Source: an uncultured Alphaproteobacteria bacterium (GTDB taxonomy: Bacteria; Pseudomonadota; Alphaproteobacteria; Rhizobiales; Aestuariivirgaceae). Taken from it: a stretch of DNA of 64,000 nucleotides. Position 1 is the stretch's first letter. Every line of letters begins with the position of its first letter. The notes beneath the pieces were generated by a model that was given only the letters and a program-made list of their open reading frames with translations, was not told the DNA's origin and searched no databases. A program made the translations under genes and the position numbers. Positions 9,661-18,620 of the stretch are shown here, piece by piece. The DNA lies in assembly GCA_963773295.1 (NCBI GenBank), contig CAVZAJ010000020.1:1480-65479 (forward strand), in the 5' to 3' direction.

Positions 9661-9730
9661 ACCATAGGGAACCAGCGTTATTCCACCGTCATTTCAGCGC
9701 GGGGGCGGAGTGACTTCTGCGTTATTTCTG
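9661..9730 (-). promoter_or_regulatory. 11-bp-phased direct repeats upstream of a -10 (SARP-type activator sites)
   Basis: + strand CGTTATTCCAC 9676, CGTCATTTCAG 9687, AGTGACTTCTG 9709, CGTTATTTCTG 9720; minus-strand TATGGT at 9666-9661. Confidence 0.6.
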
Positions 9731-9772
9731 CTAGGAACCTGCCGGAAAGGTACATTGCGATGGACGTGTTTA

Positions 9773-9842
9773 GTACAGTTTCAGGACTGGCGTTCCTCCG
9801 CTGCGCTGGGCAAAAGAACCCCATTTAAAGCGAGGAACCATG
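9773..9842 (+). repeat. Copy 1 of a duplicated ~70-bp leader (perfect 18-mer GTACAGTTTCAGGACTGG)
   Basis: 18/18 identical to 11849-11866; similarity continues to a shared GAACC(C)ATG. Confidence 0.8.
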
Positions 9843-9862
9843 GACACGCAGATGGGTGCTGG

Positions 9863-11848
9863 ATGAAGCTGAAACTCTTTGGCGGGTTTGCGCTCTCGAA
9901 AAACCGGTCGGAAATCATTCCGGTTTCGCTGCGCCGTGGCCAGGCGCTTTTGGCCTATCTCGCCTCCAAGGAAACGCGCCGTGAAAACCGCGAAGTCCTG
10001 CTCGACATACTGTGGCCCGATCGCTTCAAGGAGCAGGCCCAGGCCAGCCTTCGCCAGGTCGTCTTCGAACTTAAGGCCCTGGCGCCGCAAGATGCCCCGA
10101 TCCTTACAACGTCGCGCAATGAGGTGGCCCTCGGGCCCGCGATACAGGAATGCGATCTCTGGAGCTTCGAGGAACGCACCGCGGCAAACCAGATCGAGGA
10201 CGCGGAATTTTTTCTCGGGCTTTATGCCGGCCCATTTCTTGATGGCCCGCCCCTGGCGACTGAGCCCTTCCAGCAATGGACCGCCATTCAGCGCTCGCGC
10301 CTCGAGAACCAGCTTGAAACGACAATCCTGAACGCTACTGCGGAAAGCCCCGGTCCCGCCGGCGTGGAACGAAGTCTTCGGCTCCTTGCGAAGCTCGTTG
10401 AGCTCTGCCCCATGTGCTTTCAGGCGTTGTGGCGGCTCATGGAACTTTCCGCCGCGAACGGCCACCCGGCAACCGCCGTCAGGCATTACGAATACTTCGC
10501 CAGGCGCTTGAAGCTGGAATTCAATGAAGCGCCGCCGCCAGAGCTTGCCGATTTCAACGCATCGCTCAAGGCCGCCCCCCGGCAAGGCGTCGCCCCTTAT
10601 GCGCCCCAGCGCCAGCTCGCCTTTGTCCATAAAAATCCCTGGACCAGGGCCCGCTCCGATGCGCCTGTCGTCGCCGTGCTGCCTTTCCGTTACGCCGGAA
10701 CCCGCGGCGACAGCGCTGCCCTCGCCAATGCCGTGTGCGAGGACATCACCCTCATGCTCTCGGGCTGCCGCTGGCTCAGCGTGTTGTCGCGCAGCGCCAC
10801 CTACAATGTCAAAAATGATGAAAGCTTCATCCCGCGCGATTTTGCCCGTCTCACCGGCGCCAATCATCTGGTCTATGGCACCATAACCGACCGCGCCGAC
10901 AGCCTGTCGCTCACCGTCGAGCTTGCCGACGCGGAAACGGGTTACATCACCTGGGCCAAACGATACGATGCCACGGGCCAAGACCTGTTGTCCTGGGCCG
11001 GCGAGGTTTGCCCGATGATTGTGTCAGCCCTTGATCCGGCATTGGCTGAAAGCGAGCACCAGGCCCTGCGCAAGCCGGCCCTGGCGGCGACCGGATCGCT
11101 GATTGCCTATCAGCATCTCGTCATCGGCTATCGCCATTATCATGCGGCGCAGTGGCAGAAGGCCATTGCCGCGTTCCAGAACGCCGTGGACGAAGACGCG
11201 ACCTACGCCCACGCCCATGCGATGATATCGGTGAACCGCTACATGGACGCCCAGATCACGCGCAACCGCGGCTTCGAGGGGGAGTTGGAAAAAGCCGAGC
11301 ACAGCGCCCGCCGCGCCCTCGAGATTGATCCGTCCGAGGCCAAGGCGAATATTGGCCTCGGCCAGATCATGGACTGGCGCGGAAACCACACGGAGTCGAT
11401 GGGCTATATCGAGCGGGCCGTGATGCTCAACCCGAGCTTTGCCCACGCTTCCACTGCGCGCAGCTACCACGCGGTGATGGTTGGCTCGTTTGAAGCGGCT
11501 AAAAACTATATTCAGAATGCCATGCGCCTGCGGGTAGGCGATGCGGGCCTCGGCTTTTGCCTGCCGTCAAAGGCCCTTGCCGATCTCCACCTGGGGAATT
11601 TCAAGGACGCGCTGCAAACCGCCCATTGGGCGATGCGCATGACTCCGGATTTCTGGCTGACCCGACTTGTCCTGGTGGCCAGCCTCTACGCCACGGGCGA
11701 TCTTGAATCTGCCGCAAGCCTGGTGGATGACCTGAAGCACGACTACGCCGGGCTGAGTGCCGGCGAATTCGCCTCCTGGTTTCCCTACGAAAACCCCCAA
11801 GACGGCGAGCGGATCACCGGCGCCCTCGTGCAATCGGGCTGGCGCTAG
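9863..11848 (+). CDS. SARP-type regulator: wHTH, BTAD, TolB-like and TPR domains
   Basis: LKLFGGF, ALLAYL, LLDILWPD...ASLRQ, LYAGPFLDG, VAVLPF, then TPR-like repeats; start placed at MKLKL. Confidence 0.85.
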   Translation: MKLKLFGGFALSKNRSEIIPVSLRRGQALLAYLASKETRRENREVLLDILWPDRFKEQAQASLRQVVFELKALAPQDAPILTTSRNEVALGPAIQECDLWSFEERTAANQIEDAEFFLGLYAGPFLDGPPLATEPFQQWTAIQRSRLENQLETTILNATAESPGPAGVERSLRLLAKLVELCPMCFQALWRLMELSAANGHPATAVRHYEYFARRLKLEFNEAPPPELADFNASLKAAPRQGVAPYAPQRQLAFVHKNPWTRARSDAPVVAVLPFRYAGTRGDSAALANAVCEDITLMLSGCRWLSVLSRSATYNVKNDESFIPRDFARLTGANHLVYGTITDRADSLSLTVELADAETGYITWAKRYDATGQDLLSWAGEVCPMIVSALDPALAESEHQALRKPALAATGSLIAYQHLVIGYRHYHAAQWQKAIAAFQNAVDEDATYAHAHAMISVNRYMDAQITRNRGFEGELEKAEHSARRALEIDPSEAKANIGLGQIMDWRGNHTESMGYIERAVMLNPSFAHASTARSYHAVMVGSFEAAKNYIQNAMRLRVGDAGLGFCLPSKALADLHLGNFKDALQTAHWAMRMTPDFWLTRLVLVASLYATGDLESAASLVDDLKHDYAGLSAGEFASWFPYENPQDGERITGALVQSGWR

Positions 11849-11921
11849 GTACAGTTTCAGGACTGGAACCGATCCGCCGCGCTGTGCCATAGAGCCACCT
11901 TCAAAAAAGAGAGAACCCATG
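11849..11921 (+). repeat. Copy 2 of the duplicated leader, upstream of the methyltransferase
   Basis: GTACAGTTTCAGGACTGG begins immediately after the regulator stop codon. Confidence 0.8.
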
Positions 11922-12791
11922 AGCAGCACCGAAAACGCAATCCCCATCGAAGCCTGGAACACCGTCCTGTTCGACAAGTTCTGCCGCTTCCGCAATGTCC
12001 TGACTCATGGACTGTCGGACCACAGTGAAAAATATTTCGAACGGAACCCCTATCCCAGGGGCGCGCGCGTTCTCGACATTGGCTGCGGCTTCGGCGACAC
12101 CACGCAGCAGATTGCCCTGCAGGTAGGGCCGTCGGGCGCCGCCGTGGGCGTTGATTGCGCGCAAAACTTTATCGACATTGCAAAACGCGAAGCTGTGGAG
12201 GCGCAGCTTGCCCATGCCTCGTTCCTGCTTGCCGATGCCCAGGCCGATCACCTGTCCGGCCCCTATGACCAAGTTTTCTCCCGCTTCGGCACCATGTTCT
12301 TCAACCTGCCCGGTGCGGCCCTGCGCAACATCCGCCGCGCCCTGAAGCCCGATGGGGAATTCGCCATGATCGTCTGGCGCCGCCGCGAGGATAACCCCTG
12401 GGTCTATGAAGCCGAACGCATTGTGAAGGAGATCATGCCCGTCGTCTCGCATGCGGAAACCACCGAGGTTCACTGCGGCCCGGGCCCCTTTTCCATGGCG
12501 GGCGCCGACATGGTGAGCGAGATGCTGCGCGGCGCCGGCTTTGACCGCATAAGTTTTGAACGCTGCGACACGGAAGTCTGCATCGGCCGGGTTCTCGATG
12601 AAGCCGTTGAGTTCGCGCTGGCGCTTGGGCCTGCCGGCGAAATCATCCGGCTGGCCGGAGAGGAAGGCCAAAGGCGCAGGCCACAAGCCGTTGCCGCGCT
12701 GCGTGAGCTCTTCGCAAAAAATCTCCGCCACGACGGCGTCTGGTTCGGCTCAAGCAGCTGGTTCGTCGAAGCGCGAAATCCGGCGCATTAG
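11919..12791 (+). CDS. Class I SAM-dependent methyltransferase
   Basis: VLDIGCGFG, YDQVFSRFGTMFF and PGPFS motifs. Confidence 0.9.
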   Translation: MSSTENAIPIEAWNTVLFDKFCRFRNVLTHGLSDHSEKYFERNPYPRGARVLDIGCGFGDTTQQIALQVGPSGAAVGVDCAQNFIDIAKREAVEAQLAHASFLLADAQADHLSGPYDQVFSRFGTMFFNLPGAALRNIRRALKPDGEFAMIVWRRREDNPWVYEAERIVKEIMPVVSHAETTEVHCGPGPFSMAGADMVSEMLRGAGFDRISFERCDTEVCIGRVLDEAVEFALALGPAGEIIRLAGEEGQRRRPQAVAALRELFAKNLRHDGVWFGSSSWFVEARNPAH

Positions 12792-13246
12792 CCCACCACG
12801 CGCCAGCGTCCGTCCGGCGTCTGGCAGGCGGTGCCTTCAATCACGTCCGGCTCGCCCTCTACCCAGATGGTGTGCTCGAAATCCCGGCACAGGCCGCCGT
12901 CGCGCTGGAAGCTGCGCCTCGGCCGGAAACGTCCGCGGTGCCCGCTGTCCTCATTTTCCCAGGTAACCTCGCGGCCCGAGGTGAACGAGCGGGTAGCGGC
13001 CCCATACGCGTAATTGCGGTCCTCGTCATCGAGGCTCCGCCCCACTTTGCCGCCGACAACGGCGCCGAGCGCCGCGCCAAGGATGGTGGCCGCCGCCCGG
13101 CCCTTGCCATGGCCAACGGTATTGCCGAGCAAGCCGCCGGCAAGGCCGCCGAGCAGGGCGCCCGAGGTTTCCTTGGGCCCGCTGTCCTGGGCGCAGCCCG
13201 CAAGCATGAGGCTGGCCATTGCAACTGCTGCATAGGTCTTGATCAT
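12788..13246 (-). CDS. Glycine-zipper lipoprotein, 17-kDa surface antigen (RT0821/Lpp0805) type
   Basis: Lipobox LAGC, GxxxG zipper, WEN..SG, CRDF...GTACQ..DGRW. Confidence 0.88.
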   Translation of the reverse strand: MIKTYAAVAMASLMLAGCAQDSGPKETSGALLGGLAGGLLGNTVGHGKGRAAATILGAALGAVVGGKVGRSLDDEDRNYAYGAATRSFTSGREVTWENEDSGHRGRFRPRRSFQRDGGLCRDFEHTIWVEGEPDVIEGTACQTPDGRWRVVG

Positions 13247-13383
13247 CCGGTGAATTCCCCGCGACTTGAGTGCCATATTGGTTTAACCATCTAGGCAGGA
13301 AATGAGCGCATCCCGTGGCCAAAGTGGGATGAATTGTGAAGAGTCTGCGGCCATATCAGACTCCGGAAGGGTTGGTTAATGCA

Positions 13384-14016
13384 ATGAGCTTGAGCGACCT
13401 GACGACGCTGACCGCCGCCTACGGTTTTACCGAGCGCAACGATCCCTTTCAGCTTTTTGCCGATTGGCTGGCCGATGCGGAAAAATCCGAACCCAACGAC
13501 CCGAATGGCGTGGCACTTGCCACCGTCGATGAGGAGGGCCTGCCCAATGTCCGCATGGTGCTCCTGAAAAACGCCGATGAGCGCGGCTTTGTTTTTTACA
13601 CGAATTTCGAAAGCCAGAAGGGCCAGGAAATTCTGGGCACCATGAAGGCGGCCCTCTGCTTCCACTGGAAATCGCTGCGCCGCCAGGTGCGGGTGCGGGG
13701 GCTTGTCGAGCCGGTGACCGCCGCGGAAGCCGATGCCTATTTCGCCTCCCGCGCCAGGGACAGCCGCATCGGCGCCTGGGCCTCCCAGCAATCGCGGCCC
13801 CTCGAAGGCCGCTTTGCCCTGGAAGCCTCGGTTGCCCTGCACGCGGCAAAATTTGCCTTGGGCGATGTGCCCCGCCCGCCCCATTGGTCCGGCTTCCGCA
13901 TTAAACCCTTGTCCATAGAATTCTGGCACGACCGCCCCTTCCGCCTGCACGACCGGGTCGTTTTCCGAAGGCCCGATCCCGATAGCGGCTGGACCAAGAC
14001 GCGGCTATATCCGTAG
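13384..14016 (+). CDS. pdxH: Pyridoxamine 5'-phosphate oxidase
   Basis: [32 protein letters not shown] and [13 protein letters not shown] motifs. Confidence 0.97.
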   Translation: MSLSDLTTLTAAYGFTERNDPFQLFADWLADAEKSEPNDPNGVALATVDEEGLPNVRMVLLKNADERGFVFYTNFESQKGQEILGTMKAALCFHWKSLRRQVRVRGLVEPVTAAEADAYFASRARDSRIGAWASQQSRPLEGRFALEASVALHAAKFALGDVPRPPHWSGFRIKPLSIEFWHDRPFRLHDRVVFRRPDPDSGWTKTRLYP

Positions 14017-14025
14017 AAACTAAGT

Positions 14026-14068
14026 GTACATCATTTGTATTGACAAAAGATGTACCATTATTTAATTT
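14026..14068 (+). promoter_or_regulatory. TA promoter with inverted-repeat operator over the -35
   Basis: GTACATCATTTGT (14026-14038) / ACAAAAGATGTAC (14043-14055); TTGACA at 14040; TAATTT 17 bp later. Confidence 0.65.
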
Positions 14069-14075
14069 CTCTCAG

Positions 14076-14348
14076 ATGAAGAGCCTCGATTTCAGGTGGA
14101 ATGAGGATAAGAACAAGCGGCTCAAACAGGAGCGCGATCTTTCATTTGAGGCGGTTGTTGCAGCAATTGAAAATGGTCAGGTTCTTGATGATTTTGACCA
14201 CCCAGCCCGCACGGGCCAGCGGGTTCTTGTTGTTGAGATAGAGGGCTATGTTTGCGCTGTTCCCTATGTAAGGAACGAACACGTGATGTTTCTGAAAACA
14301 ATTTTTAGAAACCGCGACCTAAACCGAAAATATAAGGTGATGCAATGA
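14076..14348 (+). CDS. BrnT-like type II toxin
   Basis: FRWNEDKN..LKQER.LSFE, HP, VPYV..FLKTI motifs; toxin-first arrangement. Confidence 0.8.
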   Translation: MKSLDFRWNEDKNKRLKQERDLSFEAVVAAIENGQVLDDFDHPARTGQRVLVVEIEGYVCAVPYVRNEHVMFLKTIFRNRDLNRKYKVMQ

Positions 14349-14653
14349 GCAAAGTTAAAAAAGCAAAACATGTTGGGTACGACGCTCCATATTTTGACGA
14401 CGAGGAGCGCGAGATCATGGCAGCTTTGAAACGCGGTGAATATAAGAGTGCTCCAGACTTGCCGGAAAGAATTAAGGAATTGAAACGTGCCGCCGCCAAT
14501 ACTCTAAAGAAAAAGCCCATTACCGTGCGCGTTCAGCAGCAGGATATTGAGCGCATTAAGGTGAAGGCGTTGGAGCAGGGCATTCCCTATCAAACACTCG
14601 TTTCATCGATTCTGCATCGCTATGCGAGCGGAACTCTCAAGGAAGATGCTTGA
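14345..14653 (+). CDS. CopG/BrnA-like RHH antitoxin
   Basis: ITVRV...DIERIKVKALEQGIPYQTLVSSILHRY; ATGA overlap with the toxin. Confidence 0.82.
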   Translation: MSKVKKAKHVGYDAPYFDDEEREIMAALKRGEYKSAPDLPERIKELKRAAANTLKKKPITVRVQQQDIERIKVKALEQGIPYQTLVSSILHRYASGTLKEDA

Positions 14654-14661
14654 CCTAAGCC

Positions 14662-15417
14662 ATGACTCAAACTCCCGACGCTGAACGCAAGACCCTGATC
14701 CTCACCGGCGCCTCGCGCGGCATTGGCCATGCCACGGTGAAGCGCTTTTCGACCGCCGGCTGGCGGGTGATTTCCTGTTCGCGCCACCCCTTCCCGGAGG
14801 ATTGCCCGTGGGATGCGGGTCCGGAAGATCATATTCAGGTCGATCTCAGCGATTCCATCGACACCGCCGCCGCCATCCTGCGCATGAAGGAAAAGCTGAA
14901 AGAGCAGGGCTCAAAACTTCATGCGCTGGTCAACAACGCGGCGATCAGCCCGAAGCAGCCCGACGGCGGGCGGCTGAACACCATCGAAACCGATGAGGCC
15001 GACTGGAAAAAAGTCTTTCAGGTGAATTTCTTCGCCCCCGTGATGCTGGCCCGCGGCCTGATCGATGAACTTGAAGCCGCCAAGGGCGCCGTGGTGAATG
15101 TCACCTCAATCGCCGGCTCCCGCGTCCATCCCTTTGCCGGAGCGGCCTACTCGACCTCGAAGGCGGCGCTCGCCTCGCTCACCCGCGAAATGGCCGCCGA
15201 TTTCGGCCCCATCGGCGTGCGGGTGAATTCCATCTCGCCGGGCGAAATCGAAACCTCGATCCTTTCGCCCGGCACTGAAAAAATAATCCCGCATATTCCC
15301 CAGCGCCGCCTCGGCCAGCCGGAAGAAGTGGCCAAGGCCATTTATTTTCTGTGTACGGACAGTTCCAGCTATGTGACCGGCGCCGAACTCCACATCAACG
15401 GCGGCCAGCATGTCTGA
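14662..15417 (+). CDS. SDR family oxidoreductase (FixR-like)
   Basis: TGASRGIG, NNAA and YSTSK motifs. Confidence 0.9.
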   Translation: MTQTPDAERKTLILTGASRGIGHATVKRFSTAGWRVISCSRHPFPEDCPWDAGPEDHIQVDLSDSIDTAAAILRMKEKLKEQGSKLHALVNNAAISPKQPDGGRLNTIETDEADWKKVFQVNFFAPVMLARGLIDELEAAKGAVVNVTSIAGSRVHPFAGAAYSTSKAALASLTREMAADFGPIGVRVNSISPGEIETSILSPGTEKIIPHIPQRRLGQPEEVAKAIYFLCTDSSSYVTGAELHINGGQHV

Positions 15418-16564
15418 GCGCTCGAATTCGCGGCCGTCGATCCGCACCACCATCGCCCAGGCCGGCCACTTCATCGACAGGGAAACCGGCGCGGTGATCC
15501 CCGCCATCCAGCCCTCCACCACATTTGCCCGCAAGGAAGATTACAGCCTCGTCGGTGATTATATTTACTCGCGCAACGGCTCGCCCACCGTGGCCCATGC
15601 CGAAGGCCTGCTCTGTGAACTGGAGGAAGGTTTTGAAACCCGCCTCTTCGCCTCGGGCATGGGGGCCGCTTCCGCCCTTATTGAAACGGTGGACTCGGGC
15701 CGGCGCGTTGCCGCCCCCACCATCATGTACCACGGCGTGAAGTCCTGGATGCTGCGCCAGCAAACCATGCGCGATGTCGGCCTTGACCTGTTCGATGCCG
15801 CCGATCCAGCCAGCCTTGGCCGCGCGATCATCCCCGGCAAGACCGCCATCGTCTGGATTGAAACGCCGGCAAACCCCACCTGGGTTGTGATCGACATCAG
15901 GGCCGCCGCCGATGCCGCCCATGCGGCGGGCGCCATTCTTGTCGTCGACTCCACCTGCGCCCCGCCGGTGATCAGCAGGCCGCTCACCCTCGGCGCCGAC
16001 ATTGTTTTCCATTCCGCCACGAAATACCTCAATGGCCACAGTGATGTGACGGCCGGCGTGTTGACGGCCCGCGAGGCAAGCCCGCGCTGGGAATTGCTCA
16101 AGCAGGCCCAGGTAGGGCTGGGCGCAACGCTCGGAAGTTTTGAAGCCTATCTTTTGATCCGCGGCCTGCGCACGCTTTTTCTCCGCGTCGAACAGGCCTC
16201 GCGCAATGCCCTGGCGCTGGCCAGGCATTTTGAAAAACACCCGAGGCTCGCCGGTGTTCTCTATCCCGGGCTGGAAAGTCATGCCCAGCACAAGATCGCC
16301 AAAAAACAAATGACCGGCGGCTTCGGCGGCATGCTGTCCATCCTGGTGAAGGGCGATGAGGCGCAAACCCGCCGGCTTGCCGGCCGCCTTAAGGTCTTCA
16401 CCCCCGCCACTTCGCTGGGCGGCGTGGAAAGCCTCGCCGAACATCGCAAATCCGTGGAAGGCCCGCACAGCATCGTGGCGGCGAATCTCATCCGCTTTTC
16501 CATCGGCATCGAAGACGTGGCCGATCTGATCGCCGACCTTGAGCAGGCCCTGGCGGATATTTAA
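15410..16564 (+). CDS. Cys/Met metabolism PLP enzyme (cystathionine gamma-synthase/lyase family)
   Basis: YSRNGSPT, FASGM, ETPANPT, HSATKYLNGHSDV and SLGGVESL motifs. Confidence 0.9.
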   Translation: MSERSNSRPSIRTTIAQAGHFIDRETGAVIPAIQPSTTFARKEDYSLVGDYIYSRNGSPTVAHAEGLLCELEEGFETRLFASGMGAASALIETVDSGRRVAAPTIMYHGVKSWMLRQQTMRDVGLDLFDAADPASLGRAIIPGKTAIVWIETPANPTWVVIDIRAAADAAHAAGAILVVDSTCAPPVISRPLTLGADIVFHSATKYLNGHSDVTAGVLTAREASPRWELLKQAQVGLGATLGSFEAYLLIRGLRTLFLRVEQASRNALALARHFEKHPRLAGVLYPGLESHAQHKIAKKQMTGGFGGMLSILVKGDEAQTRRLAGRLKVFTPATSLGGVESLAEHRKSVEGPHSIVAANLIRFSIGIEDVADLIADLEQALADI

Positions 16565-16710
16565 CGCCCATCCCGCCGTTCTCTCGGCAATTTATGAATA
16601 ATTGGAGTCATTGCCGAAACACCCGGTTCACCGCGCCGATGCGTTTACGTTGAATTAACCCCAGTGAATCTCGATGATCAACCTATCCTCATAATGAAAG
16701 GCAAGGTATC

Positions 16711-17532
16711 ATGGCTCCCAGGTTTTCAAAATCCGCCGCTGCCCTGGCTCTTGGCGTGGCATTTCTCTTAACGCCTGCAGTTCTTGATTCCACCAGCCTC
16801 TTTTCGGCTGACAGCGCCTTTGCTGCCAAGGGTGGCAACGGGAAGGGAAACGGCAACTCCGGCGGCAATGGAAACGCTGGTGGAAACAGCAATTCCAGTT
16901 CCAGTTCAAAAAGTGAAAAGGCGAGCTCTGCCAAAGCCGAAAAAGCCGCCAAGGCTGAAAAAAGCGCCAAAGTTGAAAAAGCTGCAAAGGTGTCGAATGG
17001 CAGCATTGCATCCAAGCTTGGCGCCCTGAACGCCGCCCACGCCTCGGCCAAGGCCCTTGCCAATGCCAGCCCCAATTCCCGGGTTGGAAGAATCGCCGCC
17101 TACCGTGATGCGAATGCCGCCGCGCTGACGGCCGCCGAAGATGCAGCTGAAGCAGCCGAAACTGCGGCCACAGCGCAAGCCAACGCTGTCACGGCCGCAG
17201 CCGAGGCCACTAAAGCCCAAGCTGACGCCGATGCCGCCCGCATAGCCGCGGATGCGGCTGCTGCCGCAGCTGTGAACGATGCCACTCTGGCCGGCGCCGC
17301 CACCCAGGCCGAGGCCGATGCCGTGGCAGCCCAAGATGCTGCCGATGCGGCGGCAGCCAAAGCGACTCTGGCGCAAGCCACCGCCAATACTGCCACTGCT
17401 GATGCCGCCGCGGCGGTTGCTGCCGCTGCTGCTGCTGAAGCAGCCGCGGTAGATGCGCTCAATGCCGCCGCAAATAAGCCGGTGGATCAAGAAGTCCGCG
17501 ACGCGGTCGATCAGCTCCTCGCCGGAAAATAA
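16711..17532 (+). CDS. Secreted low-complexity Ala-rich hypothetical protein
   Basis: Signal peptide, G/N linker, AKAEKA repeats, LGALNAAHAS..NSRVGRIAAY block, long Ala helix, AANKPV end; terminator follows. Confidence 0.8.
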   Translation: MAPRFSKSAAALALGVAFLLTPAVLDSTSLFSADSAFAAKGGNGKGNGNSGGNGNAGGNSNSSSSSKSEKASSAKAEKAAKAEKSAKVEKAAKVSNGSIASKLGALNAAHASAKALANASPNSRVGRIAAYRDANAAALTAAEDAAEAAETAATAQANAVTAAAEATKAQADADAARIAADAAAAAAVNDATLAGAATQAEADAVAAQDAADAAAAKATLAQATANTATADAAAAVAAAAAAEAAAVDALNAAANKPVDQEVRDAVDQLLAGK

Positions 17533-17548
17533 TACGCGAGTCCCTGCG

Positions 17549-17580
17549 GCGCGCGAAGCCTCCGGGTTTCGCGCGCTTTT
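17549..17580 (+). terminator. Intrinsic terminator
   Basis: GCGCGCGAAGCC...GGTTTCGCGCGC followed by TTTT. Confidence 0.75.
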
Positions 17581-17646
17581 CCGTTTTGGAACAGGCCTTG
17601 GCAGGGATTTAACGCCTCCCCATATGATGGCGGAGGAGTTCCCCCG

Positions 17647-18615
17647 ATGCTTGATGACAGCACTGCCGCAGCCCACGATACCGCTTACGAAACCCAATTG
17701 CAGGATGCCTATTCCAGCGCCGTCATCGGTGCGGTTGAAACGGCGGGCCCCGCCGTTGTCCATATCGGCGTGCTCAAGGGCAACAGGCCGGCCGGCGTGG
17801 GCTCTGGGCTCGTCGTTGCCTCCGATGGCCTGATCCTCACCAACAGCCACGTGGTTGCGGGCGCCGGCGCCATCAAGGTCAGCATGGCCGATGGCCAGAA
17901 ATCCGATGCCCGCGTCATCGGCGAGGATCCCCACAGCGACATAGCCGTCTTGCGCACCGATGTTCATCTCGCGGCGCCCGCCCTGTCGTTCTTTGATTCT
18001 AAATCCATCCACAAGGGCCAGCTCGCCATCGCCATTGGCAATCCCTTGGGCTTCGAACAGACCGTAACCGCCGGCGTGGTGAGCGCCATCGGCCGCTCCA
18101 TGCGCAGCCAGGCCGGCAGCCTGATCGACGACGTCATCCAGACCGATGCCGCGCTAAACCCCGGCAATTCCGGCGGGCCGCTGGTTGATTCTCACGGCCG
18201 CGTCATCGGCATCAACACCGCCGTCATCCGCGGCGCCCAGGGCATCTGCTTTTCGGTTGCCGCCAACACCGCCCTTTATGTGCTGGCCCAGGTTCTGCAG
18301 CATGGCCGGGTGCGCCGCGCCAGCCTCGGCATCGAAGGCGCCACCACCCCCATTCCCCGCCATGTCGCGCGCTTTTCCGGCGTTGACCAGGCAGCCGGCG
18401 TGCGCGTGCTGAAGACAATCAAGGATGGCCCCGCCGAAGCCGCCGGCCTGCAGTCCGGCGATCTCGTGATTGCCATCGACGATGCGCCGGTGCTGGGCAT
18501 CGATGATCTCCTGCGCCTGCTCAACCATGAACGCGTCAATCAGCCGGTGCGCGTCAGCCTGCTGCGGAAGGGCGAGAAGCGTGACCGCTTCGTCATCCCC
18601 GTTGAGCGGCATTAG
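17647..18615 (+). CDS. HtrA/DegP-like trypsin serine protease with one PDZ domain
   Basis: GSG, LTNSHVV, DIAVL, IQTDAALNPGNSGGPL, C-terminal PDZ. Confidence 0.93.
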   Translation: MLDDSTAAAHDTAYETQLQDAYSSAVIGAVETAGPAVVHIGVLKGNRPAGVGSGLVVASDGLILTNSHVVAGAGAIKVSMADGQKSDARVIGEDPHSDIAVLRTDVHLAAPALSFFDSKSIHKGQLAIAIGNPLGFEQTVTAGVVSAIGRSMRSQAGSLIDDVIQTDAALNPGNSGGPLVDSHGRVIGINTAVIRGAQGICFSVAANTALYVLAQVLQHGRVRRASLGIEGATTPIPRHVARFSGVDQAAGVRVLKTIKDGPAEAAGLQSGDLVIAIDDAPVLGIDDLLRLLNHERVNQPVRVSLLRKGEKRDRFVIPVERH

Positions 18616-18620
18616 AAAAC

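Noticed and set aside
17110-17470. GCC/GCT-rich repetitive DNA as a repeat array or CRISPR
   Set aside because: Explained by poly-Ala coding; no repeat-spacer structure and no cas genes
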